Shown: positions 19,081 to 27,940 of the stretch, in pieces
Position numbering within the stretch: the first letter of the stretch is position 1
Layout: every line of letters starts with the position of its first letter
Source: Myxococcota bacterium
GTDB lineage: Bacteria; Myxococcota_A; SURF-8
Direction of reading: 5' to 3'
DNA length: 64,000 nucleotides
NCBI GenBank assembly: GCA_963674735.2
Contig: CAXXQS010000002.1
Span: forward strand, 1,216,001 to 1,280,000
Program-made: the position numbers and the translations under genes
The notes under the pieces: model-generated
Seen by the model: the letters and a program-made list of their open reading frames with translations, nothing else
Databases searched by the model: none
Told to the model about the DNA's origin: nothing

Positions 19081-20193
19081 ATGAGAACATTCGGTTTGCA
19101 CTTATTTCTCGCGTTTGTGTTATTCATGACGGCCTGCGCCTCCGGTGACGTTAAGAATGACCCCAAAGGGGATGGTGCCGCAAAGGCGGCCATAGCGGGG
19201 GATGATGGTAACAAGGTCAATGTCTTGTTCCGCGAACTGGAACATTTCATCGGCGAGCGCTATTTCGATATCGATTCAAAACCCATTATCAAGGTTTTCA
19301 TGCGCGATGTGTCGGTAACGGGCACCGAGGAAGCCTTCGGAGCCTACATCAAAGTGCTGATCAACGAGCGCTTTGAGAAAGCCCCGCAATTTGAGTTGGT
19401 GGATACGCCCGATACGGATGTGGATGCCATTGTGGGCGTTCATGTTATTCCGCACAGAGATACGGCCGGTTTCGATGTCCTCAACACCGTCATCGAACCC
19501 TCCCAGGATTCGGTCGTTTTCGCCTCGCTTCACGACAGCCGCCTCGACGAGTTCGAGCCGGATATGTATGTCTACTTCAAGCAGCGCAATTGGCGCGAAC
19601 TGGTGAAGCCCTCCATTTCCCATCTGACCGTCAAAGCGATCATCCAGGGAAAGAGCATCAAGGAAAAAGACCGCTACGGCAAAACCACCACCGTCGGGGG
19701 GGCGGCTTCCTGGGGCAGCAGCGGCAGCAGCTCACGCGGGGAAGGCTCCAGCAGCTACAGTTCCAAAGGGGGAATGGCCTATAGCGGATCTAAAACCGAA
19801 AGCTACGGCAAAGTCGATATGGGGTTCAACTCCTGGTATCCGGCCGAGATCGAACTGGTTGTCAACAACAAACCCTACACCAAAGACCAGGAAGGCATGT
19901 TCTTCAATGGGACGGTCAAGCCCGGGCGTTACGAGTTTATCGCCTCCTTCAAAGAAGGCATGTGGGACGCCTACAACCGTTACCAAAGCGTGGGTAAACG
20001 TCATCGGAAAAAGGCCTTGGTAGCCGTACGCAAAGGGGAGCATTTCCTGATCGATATCTTTTTCAACTACGACGGCGAGACTTACGAACCCGGCGAAAAG
20101 GATATCGTGTTCAAGGCTTACAAGCTGGAACTGGTCAATAATCAGATGAAGAAGATTCCAGTCAAGATCACCGAGATCGAAATGTATTATTGA
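19081..20193 (+). CDS. hypothetical lipoprotein
   Basis: GGGGAG RBS; lipobox MTAC; Ser/Gly-rich internal segment; followed by a terminator. Confidence 0.8.
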   Translation: MRTFGLHLFLAFVLFMTACASGDVKNDPKGDGAAKAAIAGDDGNKVNVLFRELEHFIGERYFDIDSKPIIKVFMRDVSVTGTEEAFGAYIKVLINERFEKAPQFELVDTPDTDVDAIVGVHVIPHRDTAGFDVLNTVIEPSQDSVVFASLHDSRLDEFEPDMYVYFKQRNWRELVKPSISHLTVKAIIQGKSIKEKDRYGKTTTVGGAASWGSSGSSSRGEGSSSYSSKGGMAYSGSKTESYGKVDMGFNSWYPAEIELVVNNKPYTKDQEGMFFNGTVKPGRYEFIASFKEGMWDAYNRYQSVGKRHRKKALVAVRKGEHFLIDIFFNYDGETYEPGEKDIVFKAYKLELVNNQMKKIPVKITEIEMYY

Positions 20194-20224
20194 TTTCGAT
20201 TCGCTGTCACAAGCCGATTGATCG

Positions 20225-20252
20225 ACGCGGGGTTCGCCCCGCGTTTTTTATT
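20225..20252 (+). terminator. rho-independent terminator
   Basis: ACGCGGGG-TTCG-CCCCGCGT followed by TTTTTATT. Confidence 0.9.
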
Positions 20253-20280
20253 ATTTTCAGATGTGAAAACGCGCAAAAAA

Positions 20281-20590
20281 GGTTCTAATCCCAAAACCGG
20301 GGGGCAGAACGAATCAGAAGAAATCCACAAGGCCCACCATCAAGGAAAGGGTTTCCCTTCCTCCTGCCGTCACCTGCCACGCACCATCTAGCGGCTTTTA
20401 CCGGGGAGCGCACGGCCGTCAAGGCTATATGAACGTCGCTGCGCTCCGGCCTTGACTGCCGCAGGCTGACACCCCGGGATCCCAAGCCTCATGATGCGAG
20501 GCGGCTCCGTCGGGGAAGGGAAAGCGAAGCTCCCGAAATTGTTCGTTCGAAGCGAGCAGGCTCCCCATGAAAGGGGAGTTGAACCCAAAG
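20281..20590. other. hairpin-dense intergenic element (candidate ncRNA or small non-autonomous mobile element)
   Basis: At least five stems: AAGGAAAGGG/CCCTTCCT, GTCAAGGC/GCCTTGAC, GCCTC/GAGGC, GGGAAAGC/GCTCCC and CTCCCC/GGGGAG; no credible ORF. Confidence 0.45.
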
Positions 20591-20597
20591 AAACGGT

Positions 20598-22451
20598 TTA
20601 CTTCTGCTGCCCGGACAGCTCGAACTGCAGGTGTTGCAGGTCGGCATCGCCGGGCCGCTGGGCCGCTGCTCGATCGAGTACGATACGCGCCTGCTTCCGC
20701 TCGCCAAGCCGGAACAGGGCTTCTGCAAGTCCGAGTAAGGCGTCGAAATGATCGGGTTTGCGTGCGAGGACGCGGCGAAAAAAGGTGCTTCCCTCGGTAA
20801 GCCGTCCGGTTTCGACCAGCAGCCGACCCAGGCGAGTCAAGGTATCGCGATCATCGGGTTGGAGGGCGATGGCGCATCGATAGGCGGCGATGGCCGTCTC
20901 GGGGTCGTTGATTTGTTCGCCCAGGCGACCGATAGCCCGATGCAGGCTGGAATCGCCGGGGTCCAGTTCGGTGGCTCGTTGATAGTCCGAAAGGGCATAG
21001 CCGGGTTGTCCGAGAGAGAGATGCGCTTTGGCGAGGGAGCGTGGAAGTTCGGTAAAACCTCTGGCATCGGTAACGCCCGCTAATTCGGTATTTGTCAGGG
21101 TCAGCAGCGCGCCCAGCACCATGCCGAGTCCGATCAGCCGTTGGCGATCGGCGGCCAAAACAAGGGCGGCTAAAGCCATACTGGCCGCCGCTGCGAAGAT
21201 AGACAAAACGGCGACCAATACCAGCCGGTTTTGGGCGGTAGTGTAAAACACCCACAACACCACGGCCTGGGAAAGAATGAACAACATTAACAGCCGCGTC
21301 CGGCGGTTATGGGGTAGGCGCAGCAATCCCAACAAACCCAAGGGGATAATCCACAGCGGACCGACCCCCATCAGCAAACGTAGGCTGGGGGCGTAACGTC
21401 GGCTTACGTCCGTGAGGTCGAGGTTGAACGGAATTTCATAGGCATTGACCAGGTAATAGAACTTGTTCAAGCCCAGCCGCAAGCTGCGTAACGGATCGGC
21501 GACCAGCCAGGCCAACGCCCTTCCGCCCCAATAGGCCGAAACGGCGTTTCGCTCGAGCGGATGTCCCAGCTCTTCTTCCGCCACGGTTTGTGCGTCAGAC
21601 AAACGGGAGTGGATTTTCCACGCGGTGCTTTTCCGTGACGAGATGGATGCAGGCGTTGAATGTGAAACAGGATGCTGCACTCTCGCCGTTCCGACCTGTG
21701 AATTGCCCATAAAGAAAGCCACACCCGCCTCCTCGGGGAAGGGCAGCGCGTCATCCGTCGAAAACAGGAAGGACGGGAGCAAGGGCAACAGAAGACCGAG
21801 CGCCAGAACGGCGGTACAGGTCATGTGCTTGCGAGTTGTAACTCGCGTCGAATCGCTGAATGTCCAGGCCAAAGCGAATGGGGCGAACAGGAGCATGCCC
21901 GGCCGCAAGAAAATAGATAGGCCCAAGGCGATACCGGCCGCCAGAAAACGGCGTTTTTGCCCGCGGTTGTCGATCAGCCAGCACAAGGCGGCCAAGTCCA
22001 GGACGATCTCCAGGGTGTGCGGCAGGATAAGCAGGTCGGTGGCGACTTTGGCTCCGGCGGTGGCCATGATCAAGCCGGCCACCAATCCCACTCCGCGCCC
22101 ATACAAGCGGCCCGCCATCCGTCCGGCCAACATGGCCGCCAGGACTCCCAGCAGGATCTGCAAGACGATCGCCGTACCCAGTGGAGGGAGGCCGGTTTTG
22201 AAAATCAGACTGAGTAACCACGGGTAAAGCGGGGTGTTTACGAGCGGCGGAACCAGTTCCGGAGTGGATGCGATGGCTTCGGCCAGTCGCCAGTTGGCCA
22301 GCATATCGCCGAAAAAAGGCTGCCAGACGGCAGTATCGGCCAGATCCGCCCACAGAACGATACGAGCCACCAAGGCGGCTCCGGCGATCAGTGCAAAATC
22401 TCGTCTGAGAACGAGAGCAGACCTCCGGACTGTTTTATCCAATCCAGGCAT
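20598..22451 (-). CDS. GT-C (family 39, ArnT/PMT-like) membrane glycosyltransferase with C-terminal TPRs
   Basis: Many TM helices; acidic first loop (GD), PLYPWLL, LRPG and EIPFN; TPR repeats at the C-terminus. Confidence 0.75.
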   Translation of the reverse strand: MPGLDKTVRRSALVLRRDFALIAGAALVARIVLWADLADTAVWQPFFGDMLANWRLAEAIASTPELVPPLVNTPLYPWLLSLIFKTGLPPLGTAIVLQILLGVLAAMLAGRMAGRLYGRGVGLVAGLIMATAGAKVATDLLILPHTLEIVLDLAALCWLIDNRGQKRRFLAAGIALGLSIFLRPGMLLFAPFALAWTFSDSTRVTTRKHMTCTAVLALGLLLPLLPSFLFSTDDALPFPEEAGVAFFMGNSQVGTARVQHPVSHSTPASISSRKSTAWKIHSRLSDAQTVAEEELGHPLERNAVSAYWGGRALAWLVADPLRSLRLGLNKFYYLVNAYEIPFNLDLTDVSRRYAPSLRLLMGVGPLWIIPLGLLGLLRLPHNRRTRLLMLFILSQAVVLWVFYTTAQNRLVLVAVLSIFAAAASMALAALVLAADRQRLIGLGMVLGALLTLTNTELAGVTDARGFTELPRSLAKAHLSLGQPGYALSDYQRATELDPGDSSLHRAIGRLGEQINDPETAIAAYRCAIALQPDDRDTLTRLGRLLVETGRLTEGSTFFRRVLARKPDHFDALLGLAEALFRLGERKQARIVLDRAAAQRPGDADLQHLQFELSGQQK

Positions 22452-22743
22452 TCGGTTTTGGCTCCCAATTTGTCTCGACCCGCGCATTATAACCAACGTT
22501 TCAGATAAGGCCAGTGTTTCGGGTACAAAATCAGGGAAACAGGCGAACGACTCTTCCCTTCTCGTTTTTTGCTGGGGTTACGGAAATGACCCATAGTTGA
22601 CAAAGCGTAGAGCGGATGCTATCAATAGCCATTCCGTGAGTCAAGGCAAGGGGAACCAGTGGGTCGGTGCTGGATGGATCATGGATCGCCGAATTGCAGG
22701 CAGGAACAAGCGCTTGCCTGATAACGGAAGTTTGGAGCAAGCG

Positions 22744-24474
22744 ATGGAAAAGACGCTGGCTTTGGTGATTGACGACCAGGAATCGATCCGAAAAACCTTC
22801 CGGTTTTTTCTGGAAGAGGAGGGTTATGAGGTCGCCACAGCCGGAACCTACGAAGACGGGATGGCGGTGATTGCCGAGCGTACTCCATCGGTCGCCTTGA
22901 TCGATATCATTCTCGGCAGTCGTAGCGGCGTTGATTTTCTTCGTGAAATCAAACATTTCGAGATGGAGTTCCCGGTTGTCATGATCACGGGGGAACCCAA
23001 TCTGGAAACCGCCACCGATGCTCTGCGTCTCGGAGCCTTCGATTATCTAGCCAAGCCGGTCGATAAGCGCAAGTTACTCGATGTCACGTACCGTGCCACA
23101 CGCTACAACGAGCTTCTGGCCGAACGTCGCCGTGCCCAGGAAGACCGCGAACACGCCCGGCAGCAACTTCTGGCTGTTTTCAATGGTGTGGGCGAAGGTT
23201 TGATTCTCATCAACGGTGAGGGGCGGGTACGCGAAATCAACCAGGCCACCTTGCAACTGCTGGGTTTTCCCCGTGATGAAGCGATCGACCGTCCGCTGGA
23301 GCAGTTGTTTCCGCGTGTGGCGGATGTCATGAACGACGGCCTCCAGGATGTCTTGAAAAGGAACAAACAACAGGCCGAAGCAACGGTCGATGATCCTTTC
23401 CGTCGGGGTGGCAAGGAAGTGTTTCATGCCAAGATTTCGCCTTCAGCCGAACGCGCCGGGCAACGAGGTGCGGTGGTCGTTTTACGCGACATCACGCGCC
23501 TGCGCGCTTTGGAGCAACATGTCAGCGAGCGGACGCGGGTGCATAATCTGATCGGTAAAAGCAAACCGATGCAGGAGATCTACCACTTGGTGGAAGTGCT
23601 GCGCGATACCGATACCACGGTTCTGATTCAAGGGGAGAGTGGTACCGGAAAAGAACTGGTGGCCGCCGCTTTGCATTACCAGGGTCCGCGAGCGCGGGGA
23701 CCGTTTATTCCGGTCAACTGTACGGCGCTCAACGAGCAACTGCTTGAGTCGGAGCTTTTCGGACACGCCAAAGGCTCGTTTACCGGAGCGATCGCCAACA
23801 AAATCGGTCGCTTCGAAGCGGCGGAGGGGGGGACGATTTTCCTCGACGAAATCGGTGATGTCTCTTCCAAATTGCAGACGAAATTATTGCGTGCGCTGCA
23901 GGAGCGAACCGTTGAACGAGTCGGTGAATCCCGTCCACGCAAGGTGGATGTGCGTGTCGTGGCCGCCACCAATGTCGATCTTGACGCCAAGGTGAAGGAA
24001 GGGGCCTTCCGTGAGGACCTTTTTTATCGTCTCAACGTGGTGCGCGTCATGATGCCCGCCCTGCGCGATAAAAAAGAAGATATCCCCCTTCTGGCCGAAC
24101 ATTTTCGGCAAAAACTACTGACACGTTTAACCAAACCGATTGAGGGCTATACCGACGAAGCGTTCCGTCTGATGCTGATACACGAATGGCCGGGGAATGT
24201 GCGTGAGTTGGAAAACGCTGTGGAACATGCCTTTATCATGAGCAACGGACCCCTGATCGATGCCGTGCATCTGCCTAAAACCGTTCGTGAACCCAGCGAC
24301 TTGCTTAATGCCGGTCGCGGTGCGGGTGGCATGAGCGAACGTGAGCAAATTCTTGAAGCCTTGGTAAAAAGCGCCGGAAATCGCAGCAAGGCCGCCAATA
24401 TGCTGGGGATCAACCGCACTACGCTTTATCGACGCATGCAGCGTTGGAATATCGCCGATCCGACCCGCCTCTAG
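22744..24474 (+). CDS. sigma54-dependent response regulator (REC-PAS-AAA+-Fis HTH)
   Basis: REC domain (VIDD, LIDI, DYLAKP); PAS (GLILINGEGRV); GESGTGKE, ESELFGHAKGSFTGA, FLDEIG, WPGNVREL; C-terminal HTH. Confidence 0.93.
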   Translation: MEKTLALVIDDQESIRKTFRFFLEEEGYEVATAGTYEDGMAVIAERTPSVALIDIILGSRSGVDFLREIKHFEMEFPVVMITGEPNLETATDALRLGAFDYLAKPVDKRKLLDVTYRATRYNELLAERRRAQEDREHARQQLLAVFNGVGEGLILINGEGRVREINQATLQLLGFPRDEAIDRPLEQLFPRVADVMNDGLQDVLKRNKQQAEATVDDPFRRGGKEVFHAKISPSAERAGQRGAVVVLRDITRLRALEQHVSERTRVHNLIGKSKPMQEIYHLVEVLRDTDTTVLIQGESGTGKELVAAALHYQGPRARGPFIPVNCTALNEQLLESELFGHAKGSFTGAIANKIGRFEAAEGGTIFLDEIGDVSSKLQTKLLRALQERTVERVGESRPRKVDVRVVAATNVDLDAKVKEGAFREDLFYRLNVVRVMMPALRDKKEDIPLLAEHFRQKLLTRLTKPIEGYTDEAFRLMLIHEWPGNVRELENAVEHAFIMSNGPLIDAVHLPKTVREPSDLLNAGRGAGGMSEREQILEALVKSAGNRSKAANMLGINRTTLYRRMQRWNIADPTRL

Positions 24475-24475
24475 C

Positions 24476-24517
24476 GCAACACTAGTGTTGCACCAACCTG
24501 TTGCACTATCTGCAACA
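24476..24517. promoter_or_regulatory. candidate enhancer (UAS) inverted repeats
   Basis: Perfect palindrome GCAACACTAGTGTTGC (24476-24491) and TGTTGCA-N5-TGCAACA (24499-24517), about 110-150 bp upstream of a sigma54 promoter. Confidence 0.65.
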
Positions 24518-24623
24518 CTTCACTCCGGATATCCCTGTATGCCTCGTTCAATTTTTTGTCTTTAGTTGTGTAAATCCTTGTAATTACTTATCATTGTTTG
24601 TAAAACGACCTTTACGTGGTTGT

Positions 24624-24639
24624 TGGCACACATATTGCT
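24624..24639 (+). promoter_or_regulatory. sigma54 (-24/-12) promoter
   Basis: TGGCAC-ACATA-TTGCT matches the consensus TGGCAC-N5-TTGCW; AT-rich stretch between it and the UAS. Confidence 0.8.
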
Positions 24640-24649
24640 TAGAGTTTAC

Positions 24650-25022
24650 TTGGAATTGATAACCTCTACTTTCAACCAAGCGACCCAGCCATCCGAGAAC
24701 GCCGTCTTGCTGGAGTGTTTGGTTTGTAACCGACGCGTTTTTACACATCTTTTGGTGAACATTGGTTCTTTGATTTGCAGTTGCAAATATTACTCTTTTT
24801 GAGTGTAATGTTTGGTGTGTTTTGAGCGCTTGGCGGAACCGCACGCCGTCTCGTCGCAACGGGCTCCTCGGATCCTCGACCCACTTCAAACCCAGTCCGA
24901 TCCCGGAAAAGCCGGGGAAGCCTGAAATCCTCCCAAGTGGTTTGTGCGGAACTCCTAAGGTTAATTCCCTCCCTGTGTGTGCCCCCTCCACCCGATTGGT
25001 GTGAGGGGGCGCTCTCTTTTAA
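24650..25022 (+). ncRNA. candidate sigma54-dependent small RNA (about 370 nt)
   Basis: Begins at the predicted sigma54 start; no convincing ORF; several internal stems; ends in a GCCCCCTC...GAGGGGGC hairpin followed by GCTCTCTTTT. Confidence 0.5.
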
Positions 25023-25186
25023 TTTGTTGCAGATCGTTGTTTGGGATAAACGCAAAAAATGCGCTTCGCGTCTGAGGGAAAACCGGCTTGGGACGATCAA
25101 TTCGATTAATTTTCAAAAGTAGCGGAATGTCATGGATATCCTGGCTATCTAGCAACACATATAGCTGTTGCCTAAGGAGATGTTGG

Positions 25187-25639
25187 GTGAGATTAACAAA
25201 AGCGAGTGATTACGCCCTGCGCCTGATGACCAGTTTGGCCATGGTAGAAAGGGATGCAATTGTCAGTATTCGGGAAATGGCCATGCGTACCGATGTTCCG
25301 CGAAGCTTTTTGGCGAATATCGCCCAGAAGTTGTCGGCGGCCGGTTTGATCGATAGTTCGAAAGGGGCGCGGGGGGGGCTAAAGTTAAAACGCAAGCCGG
25401 ATGAGATTACGGCTCTGGATATCATCGAGGCGATCGAAGGACCGTTGGAGTTTTCCACCTGCCAATCGATGGATGGGTGCCGCCATGAGGATTATTGCAG
25501 TGTCCGCCCATTGATGGAGACTTTGCGCGAGCAGGTAGCCGAAACGCTCGGTTCAACGACCTTGTCCATGTTGGTGGAACAGGGGAGCGGGCAGTTCTGG
25601 GGTGCTTTCTCGCTTATGGATTCCTCTTCCGGGTCGTAA
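25187..25639 (+). CDS. Rrf2-family transcriptional regulator (likely Fe-S binding)
   Basis: LTKASDYALR, SSKGARGG and IIEAIEG motifs; three Cys (CQSMDGCRHEDYC); AAGGAG before GTG 25187. Confidence 0.9.
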   Translation: MRLTKASDYALRLMTSLAMVERDAIVSIREMAMRTDVPRSFLANIAQKLSAAGLIDSSKGARGGLKLKRKPDEITALDIIEAIEGPLEFSTCQSMDGCRHEDYCSVRPLMETLREQVAETLGSTTLSMLVEQGSGQFWGAFSLMDSSSGS

Positions 25640-26441
25640 GTCCGGTTAAAAGTTCCTCCAACTCATTCAGGTCGATCATGCAAGATGCATCGGAGAGCGC
25701 CTTTTCCGGGCTGTCGTGCACTTCCAGAAACAATCCGTCGATACCGAATGCCACCGCCGCCCGCGCGAGCGGTTGAACGAAAAGCGGGCTACCGCCGCTT
25801 TTTCCGGTGGCGGCCGATGGCCGTTGCACCGAGTGGGTGGCGTCGAAGATTACCGGTGCACCCAATTCCCGCATCCAAGCAAAAGAGCGAAAATCCACGA
25901 CCAGATCGTGGTAGCCGAAGGCGGTTCCCCTCTCGGTCAGCAGGACGTTCGACGCACCGGCGGAGCGGGCTTTCTCCAAGGCGTATTGCATGTCGGGTGG
26001 CGCGACGAATTGCCCTTTTTTCAGGTTGATCGTGCGACCCGTGGCGGCGGCGGCGACGATCAGGTCGGTTTGGCGGCTGAGAAAAGCTGGGATTTGAATG
26101 ATATCGAGAACTTCAGCTGCCGGGGCTGCCTGACCGGGCTCGTGGATATCGGATAAAATCGGTAGCCCGGTGCGGTGTTTGACGCTTTCGAGAATGGCCA
26201 GACCGCGTTTCAATCCCGGACCGCGATAGCTGTTCAGGCTGGTTCGGTTGGCTTTGTCGAACGACGCCTTGAAGATCAGAGGAATTTCATAGCGTTGGGC
26301 GATGTCGGCGAGATGGTCGGCCATCATCAACGCATGCGCCTCCGATTCGATGACGCAGGGACCGGCGATCAGAAAAAGCGGCGCACCCTCCCCGGCGGAT
26401 ATACCCGGGGCGATCTTGAATGCGCGTGATTCAGCGTGCAT
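25614..26441 (-). CDS. kdsA: KDO-8-phosphate synthase
   Basis: IAGPCVIES, KASFDKANRTS, QIPAFLSRQTDL, KKGQF and DATHSVQRP; true start is ATG 26441, overlapping the kdsB end. Confidence 0.96.
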   Translation of the reverse strand: MHAESRAFKIAPGISAGEGAPLFLIAGPCVIESEAHALMMADHLADIAQRYEIPLIFKASFDKANRTSLNSYRGPGLKRGLAILESVKHRTGLPILSDIHEPGQAAPAAEVLDIIQIPAFLSRQTDLIVAAAATGRTINLKKGQFVAPPDMQYALEKARSAGASNVLLTERGTAFGYHDLVVDFRSFAWMRELGAPVIFDATHSVQRPSAATGKSGGSPLFVQPLARAAVAFGIDGLFLEVHDSPEKALSDASCMIDLNELEELLTGLTTRKRNP

Positions 26442-27165
26442 GGAAAATCCTCCGTACGCGTTCCAGGTCGTCAGGCGTGTTGACTTCTTCCACCTCGAAT
26501 TCCGGCAAGGTGGCCACGGCCAGCTTTTTTCCCGCTTCCAACCAGCGCAGTTGTTCCAATTTCTCGCGTCGTTCCCCCGAAGAAGGAGCGAGGGCGGCAA
26601 AATCGGCCAACGCCTGGGGATGGAAGGCGTAGAGTCCCACATGTCGCCATGGATCCCCCTGATCGCCGAGTGATGCGCAATGGCGCGCAAAAGTGAGGGC
26701 TTCGCCTCGATCATCGATCCATACCTTCACGACCCCGGGATTCTGCCGTTCCCCTTCGTCACGCAAAGGAACGGCCAGAGTGCTCATCCGGGCCGCGTTC
26801 TCCTCTTGCAAAGGGGCGAGCAAGGCGGTGATGGCGCGGTCGGTCAGACCCAGAACATCCGCCTGCAGATTGATGATCCACCCGGCTTCGGGGACATGGA
26901 CGGCCGCCTCGGCGCAGCGGTCGCTGCCGCAGGGATGTTCGCCCGTCAAAACCGCTTCCGCTCCGGCCTGATTGGCCGCCGCTTCGATATCCGGGTCGTC
27001 GGTCGCGACCACGACCCGGTCCACGGAATGCAAATCCAGCGCTTGGCGGACGACGTGGAAAATCAGCGGGTGACCGTCGATGAGGGCTAAAGGTTTGTTG
27101 GGCAGGCGTGTCGATCCGGCACGAGCCGGAATAACGGCCACTATTTGTGATCGGCGCAGCGGCAT
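26431..27165 (-). CDS. kdsB: CMP-KDO synthetase
   Basis: IPARAGSTRLPNKPL, GSDRCAE, INLQAD, HVGLYAF and EKLEQLRWLE. Confidence 0.93.
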   Translation of the reverse strand: MPLRRSQIVAVIPARAGSTRLPNKPLALIDGHPLIFHVVRQALDLHSVDRVVVATDDPDIEAAANQAGAEAVLTGEHPCGSDRCAEAAVHVPEAGWIINLQADVLGLTDRAITALLAPLQEENAARMSTLAVPLRDEGERQNPGVVKVWIDDRGEALTFARHCASLGDQGDPWRHVGLYAFHPQALADFAALAPSSGERREKLEQLRWLEAGKKLAVATLPEFEVEEVNTPDDLERVRRIFHAR

Positions 27166-27350
27166 GGGTTCTCCCGTTCAAAGCAAGCGTGGCTCACCAT
27201 AACAAAGCCTCGTATCAAGTGAAATCAAAATCGACCATAACGGGTTGCAGCAGACGTAGGATAGCGGAAAAACATTAATAATTTATTTTTTACTTGATTT
27301 TTTTCTGTCCGCATTTATCATGTTGCACCGGATCTCGGGATGTAAGGGTG

Positions 27351-27374
27351 AGTGGGCTTTGGCCCACTTTTTTA
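27351..27374 (+). promoter_or_regulatory. rimP-leader attenuator-like hairpin
   Basis: AGTGGGC-TTTG-GCCCACT plus a T-run directly upstream of rimP, as known for rimP-nusA-infB operon leaders. Confidence 0.75.
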
Positions 27375-27403
27375 TTGGTTTCAGGTTTTGGCGAGGCGAA
27401 TGG

Positions 27404-27937
27404 GTGAGTGAAGGTTCGGGCAACATGGAGCAACGTTTGGCGGCTTTGTTCAAACCGGCCGTCGAAGCCGAAGGGCTGACGCTGTGGGCGTTGTCTCTGA
27501 CGGGAGAGCGTGGCCGTCGTAAGTTGCGTGTGTTGCTGGACAAACCCGATGGCGTATCCCTGGGTGACTGTGCACGCATCAGCCGATCCCTGAGCGCTCT
27601 GGTGGATGTCGAAGATCCCATCGCGGGCGCGTACTCGCTTGAGGTGTCGAGTCCGGGCGTCAATCGACCGCTGATTGAGCCGCGACATTTCGCTCATTGC
27701 GTCGGCCAGCGGATCAAACTGAAAACGATCCAGCCCTGTCGCAAATCGGCGAAAACCTTTTGCGGCATGCTCGAACGCTACGATGACGACCCGCCCCGAA
27801 TCGTCCTTCAGGACGAAGAAGGGGCGTTGACGATTGAATTGGATAATATATCGAAGGCCAACGTGGAGTACGTTTTCGACGACCCGGTGAAAAAGGGTGA
27901 TCGTCGCGCGAAACGCCCCCCCAAGAAGGAGAGATGA
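27404..27937 (+). CDS. rimP: ribosome maturation factor RimP
   Basis: DKPDGVSLGDC, DPIAGAYSLEVSSPGVNRPL; first gene of the nusA-infB operon. Confidence 0.93.
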   Translation: MSEGSGNMEQRLAALFKPAVEAEGLTLWALSLTGERGRRKLRVLLDKPDGVSLGDCARISRSLSALVDVEDPIAGAYSLEVSSPGVNRPLIEPRHFAHCVGQRIKLKTIQPCRKSAKTFCGMLERYDDDPPRIVLQDEEGALTIELDNISKANVEYVFDDPVKKGDRRAKRPPKKER

Positions 27938-27940
27938 GCA

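Noticed and set aside
20285-20588. Small ORFs, or a tRNA/tmRNA/RNase P/SRP identity, for the structured element
   Set aside because: The ORFs lack an RBS and codon bias, and the hallmark motifs of these RNAs were not found by eye.
23770-23790. GSFTGA instead of GAFTGA as a sign of a sigma54-independent activator
   Set aside because: GSFTGA is a common functional variant, and a consensus sigma54 promoter lies just downstream of the gene.
24584-25158. Short ORFs in the activator-rrf2 gap as real genes
   Set aside because: Atypical codon use and no properly spaced RBS; one starts inside the sigma54 promoter. A 27-codon TTG ORF at 24719-24802 has only a 3-nt RBS spacer.
25614-25639. 26-bp convergent overlap of rrf2 and kdsA
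   Set aside because: Short tail-to-tail overlaps are common and nothing here indicates regulation.
26442-26714. N-terminal extension of KdsA in the ORF track
   Set aside because: It overlaps kdsB in another frame; KdsA similarity starts at ATG 26441.
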